36,244 bases of DNA, from the IMG/VR virus record IMGVR_UViG_3300020045_018325, positions 1 through 36,244 of that record; one strand, 5' to 3'. Positions 7,966 through 17,751 of the stretch are shown in pieces. Both the position numbers and the translations under genes were made by a program. Every line of letters starts with the position of its first letter. Position 1 is the stretch's first letter. The DNA is from a virus. Taxonomy: Duplodnaviria > Caudoviricetes. The notes under the pieces were generated by a model, which saw only the letters and a program-made list of their open reading frames with translations, ran no database searches and was not told the DNA's origin.

Positions 7966-9495
7966 ATGATTATAAAAACACAGTCAGCCGTACTTATCGG
8001 TATAGAAACACAGTTGGTAAAAGTAGAATTATCTGTTCGTTACAAGCAGACCCATAAGTTTAGTATTGTAGGGATGGGAGATAAGTCTATTCAGGAGAGC
8101 CGCAAACGCATTATAGCGGCTTTACATACGGTTGGAATAGATTTAGAACAGCAAGATATTATGGTTAATTTAGCCCCTGCCCATATAAAGAAGGTTGGAT
8201 CTCACTTTGATTTGGCTATATTAGTAGCTCTTTTGACCTACTACAAGATTGTTTCATTTACGTCTGAATATCTGAGTAAGGCAATCTTCTTGGGCGAACT
8301 TTCTTTTGATGGTCATATTAATCCGGTACAAGGAGTTATGGCTATAGGGTTGGATTGCCCAAAGTTAGGAATAAAGAGGCTTATAGTTCCCTTAGATAAT
8401 ATTAAAGATAAGAGTGATCATGTTGAAACTATAGGAGTTTCTACGGTTAAAGATCTTATTGCCTATGCAACTAAAAAAGATTGGAAGCCTCAAGAATCAC
8501 CACCTGTATCTGAATCTTTGGTATCGTACAGTGACTTCAAAGATATAAAGGGTCAAAGACTAGCCAAGCGTATGCTACAGATATCAGCAGCAGGTAACCA
8601 TAATGGCATATTGGTAGGTCCTCCTGGTTCAGGAAAGAGCATGCTTGTTAAAGCACTACCCTCTATTATGCCCCCTCTCACTACTCATGAGATGATGGAG
8701 GTAAATCGGGTCTATTCGGTTGCGACTGAAGTCTACAAGGGTATGAGACAAGAACGCCCTTTCCGTAATCCACATTATGGTATATCTCAAGCAGGTATGG
8801 TAGGAGGAGGAAGCCCCCTGCGTCCGGGAGAAATATCATTTTCCCATAATGGAGTTCTCTTTTTGGATGAGTTAACTGAATTCCGCAGATCTACTATTGA
8901 GTCATTAAGGCAACCATTAGAAGACAGAGTAGTGACCATATCAAGGGCTCATGGATCAATAGAATTGCCCTGTTCATTCTTGATGATAGCAGCTATGAAC
9001 CCATGTCCATGTGGAAATTTAGGCGATAATAAACGTTCGTGTAGTTGTACGCCTCTTGTTATCTATAATTACTTAAAGAAGATCTCAGGGCCATTCTTGG
9101 ATCGTATAGACCTACAAGTATTTATACAGAGTGTAGATATTTCAGAATTACATGCATCGACAGAGGAGACGTCCTCTCAGCAGCTATATGAGGAAGTTAC
9201 TGTAGCACGAGATATGCAGGCAGGAAGATTTAATAACCGTGAATATACTAACAACATGCTTACTCCGGGAGAGATTCAAGAGTATGCAAAGCTTGATATA
9301 AGTTGTCAGAAGTTATTGGATTTTGCTTTTGAGAAGTTTGATATGAGTATGCGTAGTTATCATAAGATTATTAGGGTAGCCCGTACAATAGCAGATATGA
9401 AGGGTATGACATGCATACAAGAGTCTCACCTTAAAGAAGCGCTTATGTATCGTGGTATCGAACAAAAACTCTTAATGTTAAAGAAAAAGCTATGA
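7966..9495 (+). CDS. comM: YifB/ComM-family Mg-chelatase-like AAA+ helicase, full length
   Basis: VNLAPA..KK.GSHFDLAI, LGELSFDG, GPPGSGKSML, RPFRNPH, RPGEISFSHNGVLFLDE, AAMNPCPCG, ISGPFLDRIDL, SMRSYHKIIRVARTIAD. Confidence 0.95.
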   Translation: MIIKTQSAVLIGIETQLVKVELSVRYKQTHKFSIVGMGDKSIQESRKRIIAALHTVGIDLEQQDIMVNLAPAHIKKVGSHFDLAILVALLTYYKIVSFTSEYLSKAIFLGELSFDGHINPVQGVMAIGLDCPKLGIKRLIVPLDNIKDKSDHVETIGVSTVKDLIAYATKKDWKPQESPPVSESLVSYSDFKDIKGQRLAKRMLQISAAGNHNGILVGPPGSGKSMLVKALPSIMPPLTTHEMMEVNRVYSVATEVYKGMRQERPFRNPHYGISQAGMVGGGSPLRPGEISFSHNGVLFLDELTEFRRSTIESLRQPLEDRVVTISRAHGSIELPCSFLMIAAMNPCPCGNLGDNKRSCSCTPLVIYNYLKKISGPFLDRIDLQVFIQSVDISELHASTEETSSQQLYEEVTVARDMQAGRFNNREYTNNMLTPGEIQEYAKLDISCQKLLDFAFEKFDMSMRSYHKIIRVARTIADMKGMTCIQESHLKEALMYRGIEQKLLMLKKKL

Positions 9496-9616
9496 CAACT
9501 TTATGGTCGAAATACAAGGTATAATTTGGTTCTTCATGGTTGTAAATCCAACTTAATTTTGTATACTAGGGACATTTGACTGAGATGAACGTAAGTAATC
9601 TCGAAGCTTTTGAAAT

Positions 9617-9644
9617 AAAAAAGCCCCGGAATTAACCGAGGCTA
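9617..9644 (-). terminator. Minus-strand intrinsic terminator in the initiator leader
   Basis: AAAAAAGCCCCGG-aattaa-CCGAGGCT; the A run precedes the stem, giving a U tail on the minus strand. Confidence 0.6.
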
Positions 9645-9770
9645 AAAACTTTAATTTTTCACACGCACCCAACTACCTATTAGATGATGCCTGTGGAACA
9701 TTAACGTTAACATAAGGAAAGTTACAAACTGTCATGAAAGTAAAATCCCTAATAATACCAACGAGGTTTC

Positions 9771-9800
9771 ATTATGACATATAATGTTACACCTTGTCAA
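9771..9800 (-). promoter_or_regulatory. Antisense sigma70-like promoter overlapping the initiator start codon
   Basis: Minus strand reads TTGACA-N18-CATAAT with an extended TG. Confidence 0.55.
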
Positions 9801-10769
9801 GCATCTTTATATAAAAATAAAAAACAATTATTTCTCAATAGATTACAATTACGTTCTAAGGCATACAAGCGTTTACTCTCTGAAGGATATAACCCTGCTG
9901 AATTGTATGATTGGCTTAATCAACAGAAGAAGTTAGATACGATTGCATATCGTCTTTTGAAGTATGTTCTCTTTTTGGCATCTAAGAATGTTCATGCATT
10001 TCCTTTGGTGCATACATTGCAAGAGATATGCCACAAAGATGGTGTTCTTCCACATGAGAAATCTATATCACGAGTAACGCGCATACTTGCCGATAAAGGA
10101 ATTATACGTAAATGGTATAGAGGTTTTCGTAGATCGGTTGCTCTGTTACTCAATAGGGTATTTAACAATCCAGTTTTGCAGTATCTCATAGCACCCCTAT
10201 TTCCCTTTATGGCTTTTTTAAGTTTTAACATAATTTACCCTACACTTTCTGATTGTCGTGAAGCTTTCGTTTACCGTTCTATATGCTTATTCGCAACGGA
10301 TGTTACCTATAATAAATATATAGAATATATTAATAATATTCGGAGTATTAAGTATCTATTGAAGAGAGAGATACTCTCAAGAAGAGGAGGATTTTATAAC
10401 GCGCGCGCACGCGAGGAGTCAAACTACTTTAAAAGTAATGAAAATCCAAAAAAAGGGATGCAAAGTATTGGTTCTGTTATAAAAAGTGTCCTTGGTGGGC
10501 AGCAGACAGAAGTGTTCTCTCCTTCTTTTAAGCGTCCTATCCCTATAGAAACGGTACGGAAGTCGTTCGTGCTGCCGGAGCAGCCACGAACAGTCGGTGA
10601 ACTTCTAGCATTAAAATTCAAGGAGCAGGATGAATACAATTCTCAAAGATTTGGCAAACAAGATAGCTACACGGTCGATAGAACCTCTTCAAATAGATTC
10701 GATGACTCTTCTGAGGATGAATCAGTTTGGCAAGAGGAAGATGGAGATGATTATCCCGGAAGATATTAG
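9774..10769 (+). CDS. Putative replication initiator (winged helix)
   Basis: GAGG RBS; AFPLVHTLQEIC...EKSISRVTRILADKGIIRKWYR wHTH pattern; internal AT-rich tract followed by GCGCGCGCACGCG. Confidence 0.55.
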   Translation: MTYNVTPCQASLYKNKKQLFLNRLQLRSKAYKRLLSEGYNPAELYDWLNQQKKLDTIAYRLLKYVLFLASKNVHAFPLVHTLQEICHKDGVLPHEKSISRVTRILADKGIIRKWYRGFRRSVALLLNRVFNNPVLQYLIAPLFPFMAFLSFNIIYPTLSDCREAFVYRSICLFATDVTYNKYIEYINNIRSIKYLLKREILSRRGGFYNARAREESNYFKSNENPKKGMQSIGSVIKSVLGGQQTEVFSPSFKRPIPIETVRKSFVLPEQPRTVGELLALKFKEQDEYNSQRFGKQDSYTVDRTSSNRFDDSSEDESVWQEEDGDDYPGRY

Positions 10770-11241
10770 AAATTCTCTGTACGAGAGATACCTCAAAGAG
10801 ACCTCTGGAAATGAATCAAATTTCCCCGTATACGAACGATTCTTCAATGAGTGTCTTGAGCTCTGCAAAGAAATGAATATTCATCTTGGGTCAAATTGGT
10901 CACGATTTTACGATGACTGTGATAAAAGAAAAATTAATGCTAAAAAGATGGTCTGCGCAGAACCGAAAAAACCAGAGACATTTCAAGAACGTGTATTACT
11001 TCCTAATACTGAGGAAGATTTCTGGAAAGTAGAGAGAGATGTAGTTAGTCAGCCAGATAAATGGCATAAGCTAGGATATGTAAGGAATCCATGGGCTGTT
11101 TTTATGTTGTCGTTGGATTTTAATGAATATGAACAGCCAGAACTGTATCTGCACTATTTAAATGCTCACCCGATAGGCTTACTGCCTTTACCGGATGAGC
11201 TCTTGAAATATCATAACCGTCTTAATGAGGTGTTTTTTTGA
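10741..11241 (+). CDS. Hypothetical protein
   Basis: Long ORF overlapping the end of the initiator-like gene; likely start at 10741 or 10747 after GAGGAAG. Confidence 0.6.
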   Translation: MEMIIPEDIRNSLYERYLKETSGNESNFPVYERFFNECLELCKEMNIHLGSNWSRFYDDCDKRKINAKKMVCAEPKKPETFQERVLLPNTEEDFWKVERDVVSQPDKWHKLGYVRNPWAVFMLSLDFNEYEQPELYLHYLNAHPIGLLPLPDELLKYHNRLNEVFF

Positions 11242-11428
11242 CTTGATCTTCTTTATTCTGTCGCCTTTTTCTCAACCAGTCCCATATGGTTCCTTTATAA
11301 AGGTCTTTTATGGTGTATAATTCTGGATGTTTAATATATAAATATCTTCCTACCATAAAGGCAAGGACAAATAATGTAATCTCAATGAGTATCAATATCT
11401 GCCCAATAGCCGCTAATTGTTCAATCAT
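11222..11428 (-). CDS. Small single-pass membrane protein with a basic tail
   Basis: Hydrophobic N-terminal segment; RKRRQNK near the C-terminus; co-oriented with 11440..11691. Confidence 0.55.
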   Translation of the reverse strand: MIEQLAAIGQILILIEITLFVLAFMVGRYLYIKHPELYTIKDLYKGTIWDWLRKRRQNKEDQVKKTPH

Positions 11429-11439
11429 GATTTAAGACC

Positions 11440-11691
11440 TTATTCTATAATAGAAGCTTTAAGCCACTCTATATCCCAATCAGTATTACCTACCATCTCT
11501 TGCTCACTTATGAGCATCGTCGCTATATCTCTGTTTTTAACCAAATCTTTTACAGCTTTTTCTAAAGCAACTAATGCCTTTGCTGAATCAAGTGAAACTT
11601 TCTTCAGTATCAGAATGTCTTCTATTAAATCTTGTACGTATCTTCTGTTTTCTCTGTTCATCTCATTTACCTTTATGTATTTCTCACTCAC
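11440..11691 (-). CDS. Hypothetical helical protein
   Basis: ORF filling the gap; charged amphipathic composition. Confidence 0.55.
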   Translation of the reverse strand: MSEKYIKVNEMNRENRRYVQDLIEDILILKKVSLDSAKALVALEKAVKDLVKNRDIATMLISEQEMVGNTDWDIEWLKASIIE

Positions 11692-11799
11692 TATTAATAG
11701 TATATAACATAACTATAACAAAGTCAACACTAAGTTCTCACTCTTTATATATGTTATAAAAAATGTTATAGTTCCCAAAACCTATACTAGGAGAAGCGA

Positions 11800-12210
11800 A
11801 TGTATATTATTCCCGGAGATCCTGTTCCATTAGCCCGTGCTCGCATTGGCCATGGTGCAAAGCGCATGTATGATTCTCAGAAAGAACTAAAAATGCATGC
11901 CGGCATAATCGTCAATTCCCAGCACAAAAGCGATACTTTCCTCGAAGGGCCATTACACCTCGATGTTACTTTCTTTATGCGTATCCCAAGAAAAATACAC
12001 ACAAAACGTAATCTAGAAAGAACTCATACGTATCATTATTGCCGACCAGATTTATCTAATCTTATAAAATTTGTTGAGGATGCAGTGCAGTCAATTCTAT
12101 TCCATGATGATGCGCAAATCTGTTGCATTACAGCACGAAAGATTTATCATCAAGAGCCACGTACCGAATTCACCCTCAAACAATTACATAAAAATGAAAA
12201 ATACCAGTAA
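11800..12210 (+). CDS. rusA: RusA-family Holliday junction resolvase
   Basis: IPGDPVPLARAR, GPLHLDVTFFM, RPDLSNLIKFVEDA...LFHDDAQI...ARKIY; AGGAG RBS. Confidence 0.9.
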   Translation: MYIIPGDPVPLARARIGHGAKRMYDSQKELKMHAGIIVNSQHKSDTFLEGPLHLDVTFFMRIPRKIHTKRNLERTHTYHYCRPDLSNLIKFVEDAVQSILFHDDAQICCITARKIYHQEPRTEFTLKQLHKNEKYQ

Positions 12211-12709
12211 TAATAGCACAACTGCTAAGAGGGAACTCAAACGCAGGAGGCGTGAACTAAACAACGAAATGTCCTTTACTGATTGGAGAGCAGATGCTTA
12301 TAGTGAAACAACTGTTCTTAGAATGGTCGAAGATTTGGAACTATCTATGCTCGAGGATGAAAAAATGATATCTGTTACTAAGTGGCTACTCAAGTACAAG
12401 ATATCTTATGATTCAGTATCTCGCTTTAAGGATAGATTCCCTGAGTTTAAATATCGTTACGAATCGGTATTGCAGTTATTAGCTTCTCGGATGTCGGATT
12501 ATTCTTTCTGGAAACAGGGAGACTTTAATACGTTTCGCTTTGTCGCTCCGTCTTATTGTAAGAGATTCGAAAAACTTGAAGAATGGAGAGCTAAACTCAA
12601 AGAGGCTACCGAACAACAGAGGCCACAGATTATATATGTAGAACGACCAGATATTCATACAGAGATACCTCAATGCACAACCAAAAAAGAAGAAAAGGAA
12701 AGTGAATGA
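12194..12709 (+). CDS. Putative terminase small subunit
   Basis: Size, helical composition and position upstream of TerL; weak motif support. Confidence 0.5.
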   Translation: MKNTSNNSTTAKRELKRRRRELNNEMSFTDWRADAYSETTVLRMVEDLELSMLEDEKMISVTKWLLKYKISYDSVSRFKDRFPEFKYRYESVLQLLASRMSDYSFWKQGDFNTFRFVAPSYCKRFEKLEEWRAKLKEATEQQRPQIIYVERPDIHTEIPQCTTKKEEKESE

Positions 12710-13152
12710 TTATTATTTTATTTCTAGTTTTTGTGCTCGCATGCTCAGTTACCTTTATCAACATTGTTTGGTATGTGAATTTTTATAGGCAGATGCGGAT
12801 ACTTGATTTCAGTAGTCAGAAAGCTGCCGGTGAGATTGCTAGTATTTGGACCTTCATCCGTGCTCTTGATGAATCTGTAGTTGTGAATGATGAGAGGGCT
12901 AGAAAGCATTTTGAAATGGCCTTGGAGTATTCTCTACCTAAAGATCTCATTGACTTAAAAATGAATGAACTTGTGAAGACGTTACGTGAAGACGAACGAT
13001 TGTGTAATCTTCTTTGCGGCAGAATAGAAGAATTAGAGAGGATCGTGAATTCAGAGAGTCTTAACTCGTATAAGAACAGTAAAGCACCTAAGAAACTTAA
13101 GAGCGTAGATATGTTCACAAAGGCAGAAGGTGAAACGGTGTCTCATGAATAA
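12706..13152 (+). CDS. Membrane-anchored coiled-coil protein
   Basis: N-terminal hydrophobic helix; ATGA coupling to the previous gene; AAGGA RBS. Confidence 0.6.
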   Translation: MIIILFLVFVLACSVTFINIVWYVNFYRQMRILDFSSQKAAGEIASIWTFIRALDESVVVNDERARKHFEMALEYSLPKDLIDLKMNELVKTLREDERLCNLLCGRIEELERIVNSESLNSYKNSKAPKKLKSVDMFTKAEGETVSHE

Positions 13153-13510
13153 TGGAGTATCTGATAACACTCATATAAGATCTTGGCAGACTGTTATAGA
13201 AAACGTAGTAAGCGTAGACGGTGACGAAAAAGAGCTCACTTATGAAGTGTGGGAGGCGTGGCTTAACTATAAGCGTTCTGGCTCAGACCAGAGGGAAGAG
13301 CTACGAAGCTTCTTTAAATCACATGATGTTGTAACTCTTGCTGATATTAAACGTGTAAGAAGAGAAGCACGCACTTGGGTAAAATCATTTCTGTCATTGA
13401 GTAGGGGCGAGTCCTACCCGTTTATGAAAGCTTATAAGATGCTTCTGCTCTACGAACAACTATTGCATTGTGCGATGAAGAAACTAGAGTCTCATGAAGA
13501 TAGCGCTTAA
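13145..13510 (+). CDS. Hypothetical protein
   Basis: ORF overlapping both neighbours in the operon. Confidence 0.6.
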   Translation: MNNGVSDNTHIRSWQTVIENVVSVDGDEKELTYEVWEAWLNYKRSGSDQREELRSFFKSHDVVTLADIKRVRREARTWVKSFLSLSRGESYPFMKAYKMLLLYEQLLHCAMKKLESHEDSA

Positions 13511-14864
13511 ATTTCAACCCAGAGAGTATCAGAAGCCTATCATGGATGCGATACTCAATAAGGGATATAAACGTGTTCTGGCTATCCTTCCTAGACGTGC
13601 AGGGAAAGATTTGACTGCCTTTAATATATGTATTCAGGCCATGCTTCAAAAGACTATGGTGGTCTACTATATACTTCCTACTTATGCACAAGGTAAGAAG
13701 ATCCTTTGGGACAGCATCACGAACACAGGTGAACGCATACTTGATTGTTTGCCTAAAGAATTAATAGAGTCTTCTAACTCTCAAGAGATGAAGATAAAGC
13801 TGGTTAATGGTTCACTCTTTCAGATAGTAGGCTCGGACAACTTTGATGGGTTGGTCGGTACTAATCCTCAACTCTGCATTTTTTCAGAGTATGCATTACA
13901 GGACCCAAGAGCATACCAATATATAAGGCCAATTCTTGCCGCAAATGAGGGGGTTTGTCTTATGATCAGCACACCCCGGGGCAAGAACCATTTATGGGAA
14001 CTCTATAACATAGCTCAACAGTCACCTAACTGGTTCTGTTATCGCATTACCCTTGATGATACTAAGCATATTCCTCTTGAAGAGATTGAAAAAGAAAGAC
14101 AGGAAGGCATCATGTCTGAAGATCTTATCCAGCAAGAATACTACGTATCGTTTTCTATGGGTGTAGAGGGCTCATTTTATTCTAGGTATCTGGATAGAAT
14201 GCGCACTAATAGTCAGATAACCAATGTTCCTTGGGACCCTGCATTGCCAGTCCATACTTCATGGGATATCGGCGTCCGTGACTCGACCAGTATCATTATG
14301 TACCAGTCGACTGCGGCAACAGTTCGCATAATAGATTGCTATGAGAACAATAAGCATGGCCTAGAACATTACAAACAGGTGCTTGATAGTAAGCCTTATA
14401 CTTGGGGAAAGCATTGGGCTCCGCACGATATTGGTGTTACTGAGTGGGGTACCGGGTTATCTCGTCTTGAGAAGGCTCGTCAGCTTGGTATTAAGTTTGA
14501 GTATCGTATGGATGTAAATAACAGGGCTGTTTCTGCATTGCCTAATGTATCTATTATGGATGGAATCGAAGCGGTTCGGTCTCTGTTGCCTCGTTGTTGG
14601 ATTGATGAGGTTAAATGCGCTCCGCTTGTCAAAGCGCTTGAGTCATACAGGCAAGAATATGATCACCGTTTAAAGGTCTATACAACACGGCCACTTCATG
14701 ACTGGTCTAGTCATTTTTGTGATAGTGCGCGGTATATGGCCCTATCTATACCAAAGACACGTGATGGATTAAGCAAAGAAGAGTTGGACAATCAATTTCA
14801 AAGGGCTCATTATGGTGAGCAGGGCACATTGCCTAGGTTCTTTAGAGATAATGACGGATATTAA
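13494..14864 (+). CDS. terL: Terminase large subunit
   Basis: PREYQ, PRRAGKD (Walker A-like), IFSEYA (Walker B-like), STPRGKNH, WDIGVRDSTSI nuclease motif, HDWSSHFCDS. Confidence 0.95.
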   Translation: MKIALKFQPREYQKPIMDAILNKGYKRVLAILPRRAGKDLTAFNICIQAMLQKTMVVYYILPTYAQGKKILWDSITNTGERILDCLPKELIESSNSQEMKIKLVNGSLFQIVGSDNFDGLVGTNPQLCIFSEYALQDPRAYQYIRPILAANEGVCLMISTPRGKNHLWELYNIAQQSPNWFCYRITLDDTKHIPLEEIEKERQEGIMSEDLIQQEYYVSFSMGVEGSFYSRYLDRMRTNSQITNVPWDPALPVHTSWDIGVRDSTSIIMYQSTAATVRIIDCYENNKHGLEHYKQVLDSKPYTWGKHWAPHDIGVTEWGTGLSRLEKARQLGIKFEYRMDVNNRAVSALPNVSIMDGIEAVRSLLPRCWIDEVKCAPLVKALESYRQEYDHRLKVYTTRPLHDWSSHFCDSARYMALSIPKTRDGLSKEELDNQFQRAHYGEQGTLPRFFRDNDGY

Positions 14865-14894
14865 ACAATAATTAAAGGATAGGAATTACTTACG

Positions 14895-15074
14895 ATGGCA
14901 GATAAAAAAATAACATTAAGAAGTGCATATAAACGAGTTATTGAATCTAAACCAAGTGATCTTTATTTATTAATGAAAGAGCATATTCCGGCAATCATGG
15001 AAGAGTCGAATACGCCATTTTGTGAAAAATGCTTAGCTCAATTTATTGAAAGAATGAAAGAACTCTCAGAATAA
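14895..15074 (+). CDS. Small hypothetical protein (59 aa, not in the ORF track)
   Basis: AGGA RBS; MADKKITLRSAYKR...PFCEKC...ELSE fills the TerL-portal gap. Confidence 0.55.
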   Translation: MADKKITLRSAYKRVIESKPSDLYLLMKEHIPAIMEESNTPFCEKCLAQFIERMKELSE

Positions 15075-15148
15075 TTCTATTTCTTGAGAATCTTTTTGAT
15101 TATGCATAGTATGGCCCTCATATAATTAGTTATACATGAGGATGCGAT

Positions 15149-17185
15149 ATGCCTTTATTCCCCGCTCTAGGCCCTGAATACTACGACGAACAAGATCGTC
15201 CCATTATCAGCAAGATGGAAGCGTTTTATTCGCAGGCTATCACTATCAATCAATCTTTCTGGTCAGAAGCTGATACTGATACACGTTTCGAAGCAGGTGA
15301 TCAGACCCTGTGGAATGATTTTTACGGTAATTTACCGCTCAATAGACGTAAGCAATTCAATTTCAATCGTATTCGTCGTGTAAAGAACATGATCGGTGGT
15401 TACCAAAGACGTAATCGTAAATCGACCGTCTGTGTTCCTATAGAGAATGCTGATGATAAGACCGCAGATCAATTCACAAAAGCTTTGTTCTGGCATGCAC
15501 GACAAGAAGGTGTTCTAGAAACCATATCAGAAGCATTCGATGGTGCTCTGGTAACCGGTATGAACCTTCTACAAGTCTGGATGGATTTCAGGACAGACCC
15601 TATTTGTGGCGATATAAAAGTAAATAATTGCTCATATAACGGCTTTCTTATAGATCCATTCTTTCGCAAGTTAGATCTTTCAGACTGTAATGGCTTATGG
15701 AAGCGTACGTTTCTTACCAAGCGCGAAGTAATATCACTCTTGCCTAACAAAGCTGAAGAAATTAAGCAGCTTGTAGGAATAGATTCTCGTGATGGTAAGT
15801 TCCAGTTTCTACCTGAATCGTATAACTTTAGCGTTTATAATCTTCTTTCCTATGATGAATTCTACTATCGTGATTATCGTAGTGCAAAGCTCTTGTGTGA
15901 TACACAAACAGGGCTTACGATGGAGTGGAAGCACAATAACGATGTCCGTTTGAAGCAATATTTAAAGATGTTTCCACAGATAGAGCTTATTGAGCAGGAG
16001 ATTCCTACGGTTAATTTAGCAATCGTTGTACAAGGAAAGGTGATGTATGATGGACCGCAACCAAGTGGGCTCGATATTTATCCCTTTGTTCCTGTTGTTG
16101 GTTATTATCATCCTGAATTACCCTATTTTCCCTGGAGGATCCAAGGTGTTGTCCGTGGATTACGTGATGCTCAGTATCTTTATAATCGGCGTCGCGTTAT
16201 TGAGTTGGATATACTTGAAAGTCAGATAAATTCCGGTTGGAAGTTCAAAGAGAATGCTTTAGTGAACCCCGAACACGTCTATCTTGATGGGCAAGGTCGT
16301 GGTCTAGCTCTCAAATCAGAAGCATCTATGTCAGATGTAGAAAAGATTCAGCCTGCACAGGTACCGCCATCCATGATTCAGCTTTCAGAACTACTAGGTA
16401 AAGAGATTCAAGAGATTTCAGGCGTTAATGAAGAGCTGCTAGGTTCTGCTGTCGATGAAAAGGCCGGGATATTGGCTATGTTACGCCAAGGAGCTGGCCT
16501 TACTACTCTCCAAATACTATTCGATCAGCTTGATTTTGCACAGAAACTGTTAGGTAATATCACCTTAAAGATGATGCAGAATAATTTTACTCAAGGTAAG
16601 GTAGCTCGTATTTTAGGTGAAGAGGCATCTCCTAACTTTTATGATAAAGCTTTCGGTAAATATGATTGTGCTATTGAAGAAGGTTTAAATACTACCACCC
16701 AAAAGCAGATGCAGTTTGCACAGCTTATTCAGCTACGTGAACTAGGAGTTCCTATACCTAATGAGACTCTTATTGATGCTGCAACTATCCAAGATAAGAA
16801 GAAGCTTATTGATGCTATTAAAGCTCAAGAGCAAGCTCAGCAACAACAAGCACAAGCTCAATCACAACTTGAAGCTCAAAACCAACAAGCTGTTATTAAT
16901 ATGTCTGAAGCACGTGCTGAAGCCGATAGAGCTATGGGTGCAGAACGTATGTCTCGCATTGCAGAGAACCAAGAGATGGTTGAAGAGCGAAAAGCTGAAG
17001 CTCAGAAGGATAGAGATTTAGGCATGTTGCATCTGGTAAAAGCTCTAAAGGAGCTTGAGACCGTTGATTTGGAGCAACTTGAAAAGATGATTACCTTGAC
17101 TAAACTGGTACAGGGAGAAGAGATAAAATCTGATCTGCAACGTGCACAGCAGAGAAATAATATTCAAGCTATGCAGGGTTTGTAG
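15149..17185 (+). CDS. Portal protein (P22-like)
   Basis: GDQ...FNFNRIRRVKNMIGGYQRRNR, YPFVP, GVVRGLRDAQYLYNRR, EISGVNEELLG; Gln-rich C-terminal coil; follows TerL. Confidence 0.92.
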   Translation: MPLFPALGPEYYDEQDRPIISKMEAFYSQAITINQSFWSEADTDTRFEAGDQTLWNDFYGNLPLNRRKQFNFNRIRRVKNMIGGYQRRNRKSTVCVPIENADDKTADQFTKALFWHARQEGVLETISEAFDGALVTGMNLLQVWMDFRTDPICGDIKVNNCSYNGFLIDPFFRKLDLSDCNGLWKRTFLTKREVISLLPNKAEEIKQLVGIDSRDGKFQFLPESYNFSVYNLLSYDEFYYRDYRSAKLLCDTQTGLTMEWKHNNDVRLKQYLKMFPQIELIEQEIPTVNLAIVVQGKVMYDGPQPSGLDIYPFVPVVGYYHPELPYFPWRIQGVVRGLRDAQYLYNRRRVIELDILESQINSGWKFKENALVNPEHVYLDGQGRGLALKSEASMSDVEKIQPAQVPPSMIQLSELLGKEIQEISGVNEELLGSAVDEKAGILAMLRQGAGLTTLQILFDQLDFAQKLLGNITLKMMQNNFTQGKVARILGEEASPNFYDKAFGKYDCAIEEGLNTTTQKQMQFAQLIQLRELGVPIPNETLIDAATIQDKKKLIDAIKAQEQAQQQQAQAQSQLEAQNQQAVINMSEARAEADRAMGAERMSRIAENQEMVEERKAEAQKDRDLGMLHLVKALKELETVDLEQLEKMITLTKLVQGEEIKSDLQRAQQRNNIQAMQGL

Positions 17186-17261
17186 TTAGAGGTGTATGTA
17201 TATATTAACCTGTTCCTCACGGAACGTTTCTACAGCCGCCGCTAGAAGGCGGTACAGGAGT

Positions 17262-17528
17262 ATGGCTATGGCCAAGAAAAAATACCATGGACGCGGTGCT
17301 GATAAGCGCATGATGTCTGCACATGAGAATCAAGAAAACAGAGGCGGTATGATCTCTGAAGATCATAGAGCTATGGCAAACTTACCCCAAGAGGTAAAGA
17401 TGCAAGAATATCCTCGCTTTATGTATGGCTTGGATCCGTACCTAGATGACACTATTCGTGGCATTGACGGTCAGATTTATGCTGACGACAGTCAAATGAA
17501 ACGACACATTAGTAAGTCTAAATATTAA
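17262..17528 (+). CDS. Small hypothetical head-module protein
   Basis: AGGAG RBS before ATG 17262/17268. Confidence 0.65.
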   Translation: MAMAKKKYHGRGADKRMMSAHENQENRGGMISEDHRAMANLPQEVKMQEYPRFMYGLDPYLDDTIRGIDGQIYADDSQMKRHISKSKY

Positions 17529-17595
17529 ACTAGGCTTCATTACTCTTTTCCCGGTGGTGCTCCAATTAACCACCGGGAGCCAGACTGTGAAAGGA

Positions 17596-17751
17596 ATGAT
17601 TATGCCTGCGATGCCAAGATATGATAAAAAAGCGATAAAGATTGTTCGTGATCTTATTGGAGCTGCTGATAATCAAGTAGATCAAGAGACAAAGAAGCAA
17701 AAGAAGATGAAGAAATGGCTTCTCTATGAGGAGGGTCAATGGGTAAGGTAA
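17596..17751 (+). CDS. Small basic hypothetical protein
   Basis: AAGGA RBS; MIMPAMPRYDKKAIKI...; preceded by a hairpin at 17549-17578. Confidence 0.55.
   Translation: MIMPAMPRYDKKAIKIVRDLIGAADNQVDQETKKQKKMKKWLLYEEGQWVR

Noticed and set aside
7966-9495. Magnesium chelatase auxiliary metabolic gene
   Set aside because: The N-terminal Lon-like region and the NPCPCG motif identify YifB/ComM rather than ChlI.
10630-10769. Programmed frameshift joining the initiator and the next ORF
   Set aside because: No convincing slippery site, and an RBS plus ATG at 10741/10747 explains the overlap.
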